From the NCBI GenBank assembly GCA_964607485.1, contig CAZSKP010000033.1, positions 21,437-45,769 of the forward strand: 24,333 nucleotides of DNA, read 5' to 3'. Made by a program: the position numbers and the translations under genes. Shown here in pieces: positions 1 through 8,121 of the stretch. The notes under the pieces were generated by a model. It ran no database searches. It had not been told where the DNA came from and was given only the letters and a program-made list of their open reading frames with translations. The first letter of the stretch is position 1; each line of letters begins with the position of its first letter. This DNA is from an uncultured bacterium (GTDB lineage: Bacteria; Abyssobacteria; SURF-5).

Positions 1-784
1 CTATCGCGCCGGGCCTGAGCTCGCCGAATCCGCGCTCGTGCGCGATGCGCAGCATCGGAATGTATGAGGGGTCGGCCCCCATCATCGCGGCCATGATGAC
101 GTCGAGCTCCATTCCATTGTCGCTGACGATAATCTTTCCGATGTCGCGCAGGTCCTCGGACGACGGCCCCTTGCCCTCCATTCCCACTATCGCGTCCATG
201 ACGACGAAGTCGGGCTTGCGGAGCTGGTAGATGTCCACGAGCGCCTCGGAGAAGCTCTCGCACGTCGCCGCCAGGCGATGGATGGCAGCCTTCTGTCCGC
301 CCACGAGCATGCCGAAGCTGTTTTTTATCGCGCCGGTGAGCACGGTGAGCATGTGCGTCTTGAATTTCGGGACCGATATGTAGTAGTCGGCCTCGAGAAA
401 CGACCGCGAGATGGTGAGCCGTTCGGTGAAGCGCGAGCCGCTGGGGGTCGAGACGCCTTCCTCGCTGAGGTTCACGTAGTGTCCGCCGCAGGCGTCGAAG
501 ATGCAGCTCTTCTGCGCGCAGAGTTCGTTGGACCCATAGCCGCGCACGCCGGGATTGTCGCCGACGATGATGCGCGCCGGGCCGCGCGCCTTGACCGCGT
601 TCACGACCGCCGCGACCACGGAGGGGTGAGTGGTTATCGCCTTGTGAACCTTGAACGGGCCGATGATGTTCGGCTTCACGACGACGGTCTTGTTCTCGAG
701 GTCCACCCCAAAACCCTTGAAGGCGGCCTCGACCACGTCCGCCGCGCTCTCGTATGTAGAATCGTATATTGCGACTGCGCTCAT
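1..784 (-). CDS. DUF362 domain-containing protein (3' end runs off the window)
   Basis: Absent from the ORF track because it has no stop in the window. Manual translation from ATG at 784 gives MSAVAIYDSTYESAADVVEAAF...VVVKPNIIG...TTHPSVV...IIVGDNPG...ISVPKFKTHMLTVLTGAIKNSFG. KPN, TTHP, GDNP and PKxKTH...TGAxKN are the DUF362 hallmark motifs. Starts 13 nt after the methyltransferase stop. Confidence 0.88.
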   Translation of the reverse strand, partial: MSAVAIYDSTYESAADVVEAAFKGFGVDLENKTVVVKPNIIGPFKVHKAITTHPSVVAAVVNAVKARGPARIIVGDNPGVRGYGSNELCAQKSCIFDACGGHYVNLSEEGVSTPSGSRFTERLTISRSFLEADYYISVPKFKTHMLTVLTGAIKNSFGMLVGGQKAAIHRLAATCESFSEALVDIYQLRKPDFVVMDAIVGMEGKGPSSEDLRDIGKIIVSDNGMELDVIMAAMMGADPSYIPMLRIAHERGFGELRPGAI

Positions 785-797
785 GGTTTCGTTCCAA

Positions 798-1844
798 TCA
801 TTTCAAAACAAAGTACCCGTGGCCGATGGCGTGAAGCAGCTTCTTCTCGACGACCGTGTAGCCGGCCTTCTCGAAAACGTCTATCCACTCGCCGATCGGG
901 AGTATTATTTGGTTCGTCAACGCATGGAAGAGGTGGTGCTCGAGGGTGGTTGTGGGAACCCTCCTGAGCCACACGCGAGGCAGCTTGAAGAATTCGGCGA
1001 CGACCAGATGAGCGTCCGGAAAATGCGTCTTGAATTTTTTCAAAAGGTCAACGACGACGCCGGAGCCGTCGCGCAGATATTCGTGAAACACGTCGATGGC
1101 CGTTATGGCGTCAACGTCGGGAAACTTGCTGGCGACGGCCTCGACCTCGAACATGTCGTCGAGCGAGACGGTCACTTGCTTATCGCGGCCGGTCTGCTCC
1201 AACCGCCTCTTCGCGTACTCGACGGCATCGGCGTCGTTGTCGATGCCGAAGCAGGTTATGTCGGAATCTTCACAGAGCAGGAAAAGGAATTCCAGGTCGC
1301 CGCAGCCGAGGTCGAGCACGCGACGGAAGCCGTGCGAGCGGACAAGCTCGCGAACGGCGAGGAAGGGGAACTGTCGTCCGAGCTCACCGCTTCCTTTGGC
1401 CACCGCCTCGCCCCGCCGCGCCACGTCTTTTCCGTAGGTCTTGGCGGAATGCAGCATGTCTTCGAGCTCGCGGAACACGGGCTCGTATCCGTACAGCAGG
1501 TCGAACAGGCCGCGTGGCTCGTCCAGCAGGGCCGCGCCCTTGGGCTCGAGCGAGCAGCGGCCGTCGCTGAAATTGAGGACCTTAATTCCGTCCAGGTATT
1601 CGCACACCGAACGCAGAACTTCGGCGTCGAGTTTGTTCTTCTCCGCGAACACTTCGACCTCGACGCTCCCCTTTTCCCGAATCTCGTCCAGCAGCCCCGT
1701 GTTCAGCAGCGACCAGAAGCACGTGGTGACGGCGTAGCCCCTGATGTATTTCAGCCCGAGCGAGTGCTTCCTGCGCATGCCCATGAGGCGGCCCAGGCCC
1801 GCTACCTTGTGCATGAATTTTATCTGTTCAAGCACGGGATTCAT
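798..1844 (-). CDS. Class I SAM-dependent methyltransferase, resembling MppJ/MrsA-type alpha-keto-acid C-methyltransferases
   Basis: 348 aa with SAM motif I VLDLGCG and an acidic post-motif (FGIDND), plus an N-terminal winged-helix-like dimerisation region. The C-terminal VFHEY...LFHALT...EWIDVFEKAGY pattern matches my recollection of the MppJ family. ATGA overlap with the GH3 stop at 1841-1844. Confidence 0.85.
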   Translation of the reverse strand: MNPVLEQIKFMHKVAGLGRLMGMRRKHSLGLKYIRGYAVTTCFWSLLNTGLLDEIREKGSVEVEVFAEKNKLDAEVLRSVCEYLDGIKVLNFSDGRCSLEPKGAALLDEPRGLFDLLYGYEPVFRELEDMLHSAKTYGKDVARRGEAVAKGSGELGRQFPFLAVRELVRSHGFRRVLDLGCGDLEFLFLLCEDSDITCFGIDNDADAVEYAKRRLEQTGRDKQVTVSLDDMFEVEAVASKFPDVDAITAIDVFHEYLRDGSGVVVDLLKKFKTHFPDAHLVVAEFFKLPRVWLRRVPTTTLEHHLFHALTNQIILPIGEWIDVFEKAGYTVVEKKLLHAIGHGYFVLK

Positions 1845-3538
1845 CGAGGCGGCCCTCCGTTGTGACTCGCCCCGGCGGACATGGATATTTCAGCCACCGG
1901 CCGCATGTCTCCAAGCTGGCGCATGTCGGGCAGCACGTGGGGGACCTTATACTGTCCGTCGGGCGCTCCCCGCCGCACCCGGCTCCTGCGGCATTCCTCG
2001 AAAAACCCCGGCGCAAGCACACAGAGCGAGGGTTCGCCCAGACGCTGCGAATCCCTCTTTGCCACGTACTCGATGTTGCGAAGGCGCAGCTCGCGCTCGA
2101 ACCTCTCCAGCAGGCCGGCGAGGAGGCGATCGTTCCGCTCGGCCGTCTCGACCGCGAGCACGTACGAGGGAGGGTCTCCGAGTCTGAGCGCGAGCGTGAA
2201 GCCCTCGACGCACGTCGCGACCGACGAGGACGCCGCGCGCATGGCCTCGGTCACCTGCGCCTCGGTAACCTTCTCACCGGTGATGGATATCGTGTTTCCC
2301 CCTTTTTGCTTAAACACTATCACGGGCGTCTTATTATAGAAATCCACCACTTCGATGATATCACATATGTCGTACCGGTACAGCCCGCCCGAGGTGGTCA
2401 TCACGATGTAATATTCCCTGCCCGCTTCGAGCTCCTCGCAGCCGAGCGGCGTGTCGGCGCGGCCGCCGTCGGAGGCGACCTCGAAGAACTCGAAGAAGTG
2501 GCCCGTGACGGCGAGCAACCCGTTGGATGTATTCGACCACAGCGGGATCGAAAAATATCCTTCGGTCGCGATGAATCCCATGTCGCGGAGCGGGACGGAG
2601 GGAAAGTATTCGGGAAATTCCCTCAGGAAGAATCCGGCCGAGCCGCCCAGCCACGTGACGATGAGGGAGAGGTTTTCCCACACATCCGTCCCGCGCACGG
2701 GCCCGCCGCTTTCGGCCAGCGCCGCCAGTTCGCGCGCCCGCCTCCTGTTCGGCCGGAGGCGTTTTTCGAGCTGCTGACGAAGTCGGGAGCAGATGTCGAA
2801 GTTTCGGCTTATGCCGCCCTCGGCGATATCGCGAGAGAGTTCTGCCGCATGTTTGTTCAACTTCTTCATCAGGAGCAGTATCGTGCTGGGGTTCATCGCG
2901 GCAATCGTTGTCACGTCCTGTTCCAGGGCGAGGCGGAGGATAAGGTAGTACTTTGCATCGAAATCGTCCACGCACATGACCTCGTAGGGCGTCGCGTACT
3001 TCGTCTGTGTAATAGGATACTGAAGCCGGTAGGAATGCCCGCTCATCGCTCCATAGGGGATTCCGCACTCCGTGTATCCCTCGACCTCCGGCGACATGAC
3101 CGAGAGGATCCTGCCCCGGAGCATGTCCCTGTGGTCGGCCACCAGCTTCCTTTGCCACATCTTCTGCATCTTCGAGAATTCCTCGTAAAACGAGGGTGTC
3201 ATGGGGATGAACTTCGGCTCGCCCGTCGTGCCGCTCGTCCGTGCGAACATATCGGGCTGCTCGGCGGTGAGCACGCCTGCTTCGCCGCGACGTATCCGCC
3301 CGATATACGGCTCGAATTCCTCGTAGGAGCGCACGGGAACGCGTTCGCGGAAGTCCTCGACGGTGCGGACGCCGGCGAAATCGTGCTCCCTTCCGAAGGC
3401 CGTCTCCGCGTTGCGCGATACGATGTCGAGCAGCCGGGACGATTGCATGCGGGCGGGCTCATGGGTCGCGAGCATCAGTTCGTTCCAGGAACGATTGAGG
3501 ACCGTCCGGAGGTAGAGGTAGAGCAGATGCTCGATCAT
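1841..3538 (-). CDS. GH3 family acyl-adenylate-forming (acyl acid-amido synthetase-like) protein
   Basis: Motif I RTSGTTGEPK, motif II-like FIATEG, motif III GLYRYDICD, N-terminal TAFGREHDF...VPVRSYEEFEPYI, and C-terminal GEKVTE...QYKVP. Start placed at ATG 3538 (MIEHLL); the ORF-track extension to 3616 looks non-coding. Confidence 0.92.
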   Translation of the reverse strand: MIEHLLYLYLRTVLNRSWNELMLATHEPARMQSSRLLDIVSRNAETAFGREHDFAGVRTVEDFRERVPVRSYEEFEPYIGRIRRGEAGVLTAEQPDMFARTSGTTGEPKFIPMTPSFYEEFSKMQKMWQRKLVADHRDMLRGRILSVMSPEVEGYTECGIPYGAMSGHSYRLQYPITQTKYATPYEVMCVDDFDAKYYLILRLALEQDVTTIAAMNPSTILLLMKKLNKHAAELSRDIAEGGISRNFDICSRLRQQLEKRLRPNRRRARELAALAESGGPVRGTDVWENLSLIVTWLGGSAGFFLREFPEYFPSVPLRDMGFIATEGYFSIPLWSNTSNGLLAVTGHFFEFFEVASDGGRADTPLGCEELEAGREYYIVMTTSGGLYRYDICDIIEVVDFYNKTPVIVFKQKGGNTISITGEKVTEAQVTEAMRAASSSVATCVEGFTLALRLGDPPSYVLAVETAERNDRLLAGLLERFERELRLRNIEYVAKRDSQRLGEPSLCVLAPGFFEECRRSRVRRGAPDGQYKVPHVLPDMRQLGDMRPVAEISMSAGASHNGGPPR

Positions 3539-3650
3539 TTCTCGTCGTCTCGCTCCCAAACAAATAGGTGGAGCATAAGCGCTCCACCTTGTTCGACACG
3601 CATCATTTCCTTGCACACACCCGGCAACTTCATCGCCGACGGTCGAGCCC

Positions 3651-3679
3651 GCCGGCTCCCGCGCCCACGCGGGCCGGCC
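3651..3679 (-). other. GC-rich stem-loop between the radical SAM stop and the GH3 start
   Basis: Approximately ccggctcccgcg-ccca-cgcgggccgg, an imperfect inverted repeat just downstream of the rSAM stop. It has no U-tract, so it is not a classic intrinsic terminator. Confidence 0.4.
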
Positions 3680-3685
3680 GATCTC

Positions 3686-5059
3686 TTATCGTGCGGACTG
3701 GGCGCCCGCTTTCACGGACTCGTCCAGCCGCTCGAGCTCGTTCTTGTAGGCTTCGGAGTTTCGCACAATCGATTCGTGCAGGTCGGTCACAATCCTTTCG
3801 CCGCCCTCATGTGTGGGAGCGAGGGCGTATTTCTTGCACAGGTACGGCAGTGCGTCGGTGTTGTCGATGATACAGCATGGTCGCCGGTGGTCCTCGTTGA
3901 ACGGCTGCAGCGACCTCGCCTCTTTGAAACAGGGCGAGTTGAGGATTTCCACGAGCGATTTCTCGCGGATGTTATCCTTTGCCATGTGGATGAACACGCA
4001 CGGCTCCACCATTCCGCTCGCGGTCACGTGCAGGTATTTGCGTCCCCACGCGAGACATCCCTCGGTCGCTTCGCCGTCGTTCCAGAAATCGTATATGACG
4101 ATAGGCTTCGTTTTTCTGAACCTTTCGACGGCGTAGTATCGTTCCAGCCTCTCATGGGGCAAGGGTATGAGCGAGGGATCGGGGCTCTTTCCCGTGGGCA
4201 GATATTGGAAATACCAGCCGAAGGACGGGCCGTGCTGCATAATCTCATCCATGAACTCGTCGCTGGTTATGGCGTGATGGTTCTTTCTCGTATGCGTCAC
4301 GGAGATGCCGAACAGCACGCCTTCCCTGCTGAGACGGTCCATGCTCGCCATTATTTTGTTGTATGCGTTCGGGCCTCGGCGCTCGTTGGTCTCGCGGGGT
4401 CCTCCCTCGATGCTTATCGCGGGATGCGCGTTCCCGAGCTCGCCCATCTTTTTCGCCATCGCGTCGTCTATCATCATGCCGTGCGTGTATATCTGGAAGA
4501 ACACGTCGTCGTGCTCTTCGAGGATGTCGAACAGATGCGGCCAGATCGTCGGTTCGCCGCCGCTGATGGTGATGAAGTAAATGCCAAGTTCCTCTTTCGC
4601 CTGCCTGATGACGTCGCTCACTTCCTCGCGGGTCAGCTCCATGGACTTGTCGTATTCGCCCGCGTAGCAGCCGAAGCAGTTCAGATTGCACTTCATGCTC
4701 GGGCTTATGACGAGAAGGAAGGGCGGGGCCTCGCCGTATGTCGCCATATACCTGTCGCGGACTTCCTGTCCGAGCGTCAGGTGATTGAAGAACATGTTGA
4801 AGGCCAGCTTGCGCTTGGTGCTCGGCGAGAGGTGGGGCAGATTGCGCTTGACCATCTCGAAGAACATGTTCATGCTGTTCGAGACTTTCTGTCGTTTCTC
4901 TTCGTCCCGGCTTCTCATGGCGTCGAGGGCCTTGGCGGAAGCGTCCTCTTTCAATTTGTCAATAAGAGTCCCGAGCAGCTGTTGGTTTCCCGATAGCGCG
5001 GGAAGGATATAAGACAGTCCCTTGGCCTTCAGGTACCCCATCATGCGCTCAACATTCAT
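3686..5059 (-). CDS. Radical SAM protein with C-terminal SPASM/Twitch-type domain
   Basis: CxxxCxxC motif CNLNCFGC, ISGGEP and YTHG. The C-terminal cysteines GCLAWGRKYLHVTASGMVEPCVFIH...PCF...RPCCIID fit an auxiliary cluster. Start ATG 5059 is preceded by a GAGGAGG RBS. Confidence 0.93.
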   Translation of the reverse strand: MNVERMMGYLKAKGLSYILPALSGNQQLLGTLIDKLKEDASAKALDAMRSRDEEKRQKVSNSMNMFFEMVKRNLPHLSPSTKRKLAFNMFFNHLTLGQEVRDRYMATYGEAPPFLLVISPSMKCNLNCFGCYAGEYDKSMELTREEVSDVIRQAKEELGIYFITISGGEPTIWPHLFDILEEHDDVFFQIYTHGMMIDDAMAKKMGELGNAHPAISIEGGPRETNERRGPNAYNKIMASMDRLSREGVLFGISVTHTRKNHHAITSDEFMDEIMQHGPSFGWYFQYLPTGKSPDPSLIPLPHERLERYYAVERFRKTKPIVIYDFWNDGEATEGCLAWGRKYLHVTASGMVEPCVFIHMAKDNIREKSLVEILNSPCFKEARSLQPFNEDHRRPCCIIDNTDALPYLCKKYALAPTHEGGERIVTDLHESIVRNSEAYKNELERLDESVKAGAQSAR

Positions 5060-5126
5060 TCCTGTTGCCCTCCTCATGCAAACGACCGTCGGGTGATCAC
5101 AATGTCGGTATCGCTCTGGCCGCCGT

Positions 5127-6146
5127 CTATGCGCCGCTCCTCATATCCGCACCGGGCGCGGATTGGGAGCGTGTGGGTGGAACTTGTGAATGCGCGAGCG
5201 CGCGCTGCTCCAACGCGCGCTGGACCATCGGTATGTCGCTGGGCTCGCTGAGATCGGTAGCGAGGTCCGGGTCGTCCCAGTAGATTGCCTTCGCCGTGAC
5301 GTGGTACTTGTCATACACGTGTTGCTCGACGTCGCGAGGCGAAAGCATGCCGAAGACATATTTCAGAGTGAGCTTGAGCCCGAGGAATCTCACGATGCCG
5401 AGCGTGTTCTTCCTCATGTAGTAGACGTTGTACAGGTTGTCTTTATTCGCCTTCACCTCGTCGGCATGGTCGAAGAACAGGTCGGGTCGCAAGAATTCCA
5501 CGTGCGCGCCCGTGTAGCGGCCTTCCTCGAAACGGGCATACGTCCGCCTCTCTTCGGGATACTTCTTTTCGCACGCCTCCTGGCTCACCAGCGGGAAGAA
5601 TATGTCAACGTCCTTTTCTTCGAGCACCCGTTCTATCAGATTATCCAGCCCCTCCGGAGTGGCGAGCACCAGGTCGGAGGGAATAAACATGATAAGGTCG
5701 CCCTTGGAAACTTCGTCGAGGCCGAACTCGACGTTCTTGGCCGCGTCGCCCCTGTCTATCACAAACGAGGTCGGCGGGCCTTGTTTCAAGTCGATCTCTT
5801 TCTCGACTTCGGGAGCCGCCACGACGATTATCTTCTGCACGTACCTGGATCGGCACAGCGCGTTATATACGTGCATTATCATCGGTATGCCGTTTACCTC
5901 GAGCAAATCGAGATTGGGTATGTCGCGGAACTGCTTGCGCGAGTTTTCGGTCTGGCCGACCGAAACCAACACGGCCACCACGCGGGTGTCCTTGTGCTCT
6001 TGAGTCTCGGAGGCGGCGGCGTCGGACGGTTGGGCCGTATCGCTGCTTACCGCGAGCGAGAGCTTCGACGGGAAGATAAGCGTCACGACTGCGACGGCAA
6101 CGATGATTCCGATGAACTTGACGTGCTCCGGCAACCAGCGGACCAT
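5127..6146 (-). CDS. Nucleotidyltransferase-fold (NTP_transf_3/MobA-like) protein with N-terminal signal/TM segment and degenerate NTP-binding loop
   Basis: LLEVNGIPMIMHVYNAL, IIVVA, FIPSDLVL, FFPLVSQEACEKKYPEERRTYARFEEGRYTG and DLSEPSD match the MobA-like NTP transferase subfamily pattern. The N-terminus is hydrophobic (FIGIIVAVAVVTLIFPSKLSLA). TAATG 1-nt overlap with the upstream hydrolase. Confidence 0.75.
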   Translation of the reverse strand: MVRWLPEHVKFIGIIVAVAVVTLIFPSKLSLAVSSDTAQPSDAAASETQEHKDTRVVAVLVSVGQTENSRKQFRDIPNLDLLEVNGIPMIMHVYNALCRSRYVQKIIVVAAPEVEKEIDLKQGPPTSFVIDRGDAAKNVEFGLDEVSKGDLIMFIPSDLVLATPEGLDNLIERVLEEKDVDIFFPLVSQEACEKKYPEERRTYARFEEGRYTGAHVEFLRPDLFFDHADEVKANKDNLYNVYYMRKNTLGIVRFLGLKLTLKYVFGMLSPRDVEQHVYDKYHVTAKAIYWDDPDLATDLSEPSDIPMVQRALEQRALAHSQVPPTRSQSAPGADMRSGA

Positions 6147-6979
6147 TATTTCGAGGACTCCCCGTTGAAGAAACCGATGACCTTCCCAAAAACCATGTCT
6201 CGCTCGGCGCCCGCCATAATACTATGGTCGCTGCTGTCGAGCATGACAAGGTTCTTCTCGCACGAACGCACCCTGCGGTAGGCGAATGGGCCGCTCTTGC
6301 CGCCCGAGACGTTATCGTTCTTGGACTGGATGATGAGCACGGGCGAATGGATGCGGCCGAGGCTCTTCCTCGCAATGGCGACCAGGTCGGACATGGTGTG
6401 CAGAATCGATGTGGGCACCCTGTCGTAGACGAAGTGGAAAGGCTCGCCGTCCGCATCGATGAGCCTCTCGGGTCTTCCCTTGACTTCCTTGAAAATCGTG
6501 CCGTACACCCTGAGCATGAGGCCGGTCGGAAACCTGCCGTTCAGCGGACAAAGCGGCACGTTCAACAGGACCAGCCGATCGACCTTATTATGAGCCGCAT
6601 AGTATGCCGAAAGCGCGGCCCCTATGGAAAAGCCTGCGAGGAAAACCTCCTCATGTTTCCTCTTCAGTTCGGAATATTCCTCGTGTATGTGCTCGTACCA
6701 GTCCTGCCATACAATCTCTTTGAGGTCGTCGGGATGCGTGCCGTGTCCCGGAAGCAGCATTCCCCTCGCCGCAAGCCCCGCCGTGGCAAGAGCGTCGGCA
6801 AGCGTTCGCATCTGGGCGGGAGAGCCGGCGATCCCGTGAACGAGCAGGCAGGCGCGTCGGCCTGCTCCGAGGGTGTATGGCTCGTGTCCTTTTGCTATTT
6901 TCACTTCGCCCAGCCGGGCCCCGCTTTCCGCCCGCCCGACCGGGCCCGCTCCACTGATGTCAGGTGTGACAAACCTCAT
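6146..6979 (-). CDS. Alpha/beta-fold hydrolase (carboxylesterase/monoacylglycerol lipase-like)
   Basis: Oxyanion motif LLVHGIAGSP, LPGHGT, nucleophile elbow GFSIG, catalytic Asp (SKNDNV) and His (SDHSI). RBS GGAG upstream of ATG 6979. Confidence 0.9.
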   Translation of the reverse strand: MRFVTPDISGAGPVGRAESGARLGEVKIAKGHEPYTLGAGRRACLLVHGIAGSPAQMRTLADALATAGLAARGMLLPGHGTHPDDLKEIVWQDWYEHIHEEYSELKRKHEEVFLAGFSIGAALSAYYAAHNKVDRLVLLNVPLCPLNGRFPTGLMLRVYGTIFKEVKGRPERLIDADGEPFHFVYDRVPTSILHTMSDLVAIARKSLGRIHSPVLIIQSKNDNVSGGKSGPFAYRRVRSCEKNLVMLDSSDHSIMAGAERDMVFGKVIGFFNGESSK

Positions 6980-7080
6980 TCCGCTCCGATAGTAACACTA
7001 AATCCGCCCAGAACTTCGAGCCGATGAAAGAGGCGCGCGACTGCCCCCGTTTGTCCCTATAAAATCCCCAATATCCAATC

Positions 7081-7109
7081 AGCCTAGCACATTTCTGCCC
7101 AAAATGCAA
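7081..7109 (-). promoter_or_regulatory. Putative sigma-70 promoter for the hydrolase-to-DUF362 gene run
   Basis: Minus strand reads TTGCAT-17 nt-TAGGCT with a TG extended -10. Confidence 0.4.
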
Positions 7110-7133
7110 ATGGCCGATGAGGCGGGTGACGGT

Positions 7134-7162
7134 TTGTTATTGCAGACGAAATGATGTAGAAT
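7134..7162 (+). promoter_or_regulatory. Putative sigma-70 promoter for the LolA-like gene
   Basis: TTGTTA-17 nt-TAGAAT, back-to-back with the minus-strand candidate promoter. Confidence 0.45.
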
Positions 7163-7250
7163 AGTCCGCGCCATTCGCCGATAAGGCGGGAACAAACGGA
7201 CGGAGAGCACCACGTGAACCGGCGGAGAACCCGCCGAGAGGAGGACGGAG

Positions 7251-8030
7251 ATGAAGATTCTGAGAGTCGGTCTGACAATCGTATTTGCGCTTGTCTTCAC
7301 ATCGCTCGCGTTTGCGGAGCTTGACTCAAAGACGGAGCAAATGATGGAAGAGGTGCAGCAAAAGTCAAAAGGCATCGACAGCTACAGAGTCGATATGAAG
7401 ACCGAAACGCAGATGATGGGTCAGACGATGACTGTCAATGGAGAGATGGCCTTCAAGAAGCCGAACAAGATGCATGTAACCTCAGTAGCCAATATGATGG
7501 GAGGCATGAGGACGGAGACATACTCGACGGGCGACGTTCTATGGACATACATGCCCACGATGAAAATGGTACAAAAGATCGACCTGTCCAAGATGAAGGC
7601 TATGGCGCCGAAACAGAGGGACGTGGCCGAGACTTCCGACATCACGAAACCGTTCGAGGGGTTCGCTAAGGACTCGATCAAGTACATCAAAACGGAGGAC
7701 CTCGATGGTACTGAGACTTACGTCTTCGAGGCGCTTCCCGACAAGCTCTCCCAGTCACCGCAGGGCCAGTCCACGCCTCAGATGCTTCCGAAGAAGATAG
7801 TCATGTGGATCAGCGCCGAGACCGGACTGCCGCAGAAGGTGCAGATGCTTAATGCGGATGGTTCCACCATGATGGAGCAGACATATTCGAATTTCAGGTT
7901 AAACGTCCCGATCAAGGATTCCGAGTTCGAGTTCACACCCCCGGAAGGCGCCCAGGTGACGGACATGACGGAAGCCACAATCAACATGATGAACCGGATG
8001 AAGGAGGGACAGCCGGCCCAGGCCGAATGA
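7251..8030 (+). CDS. LolA-like outer-membrane lipoprotein carrier/sorting protein (secreted)
   Basis: Signal peptide ending in AFA. GEMAFKKPNKMHV, VLWTYMPTMKMV, MWISAETGLPQKV and the C-terminal YSNFRLNVPIKDSEFEFTPPEGAQV are LolA-fold signatures. Strong RBS GAGGAGG. Confidence 0.85.
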   Translation: MKILRVGLTIVFALVFTSLAFAELDSKTEQMMEEVQQKSKGIDSYRVDMKTETQMMGQTMTVNGEMAFKKPNKMHVTSVANMMGGMRTETYSTGDVLWTYMPTMKMVQKIDLSKMKAMAPKQRDVAETSDITKPFEGFAKDSIKYIKTEDLDGTETYVFEALPDKLSQSPQGQSTPQMLPKKIVMWISAETGLPQKVQMLNADGSTMMEQTYSNFRLNVPIKDSEFEFTPPEGAQVTDMTEATINMMNRMKEGQPAQAE

Positions 8031-8121
8031 CGCTCTTAAATGTCCCGGGGCGGCAATCGCACTGTCGCGGTAAATCCTTTCGGTCGATTGAGCCCGACGC
8101 CGTCATGCCGGGTGGATTACT

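Noticed and set aside
651-1865. 404-aa plus-strand ORF, and similar antisense ORFs at 5190-6281, 10123-11586, 17156-18298 and 19678-20667
   Set aside because: Each lies opposite a gene with clear family motifs and has none of its own.
3539-3685. RiPP precursor peptide for the radical SAM/SPASM enzyme
   Set aside because: No short ORF with a good RBS and precursor-like composition in this gap or in the 5060-5126 gap.
1862-4996. 1044-aa plus-strand ORF
   Set aside because: Antisense shadow of the GH3 and radical SAM genes, with no motifs. Long stop-free antisense frames are expected in GC-rich coding DNA.
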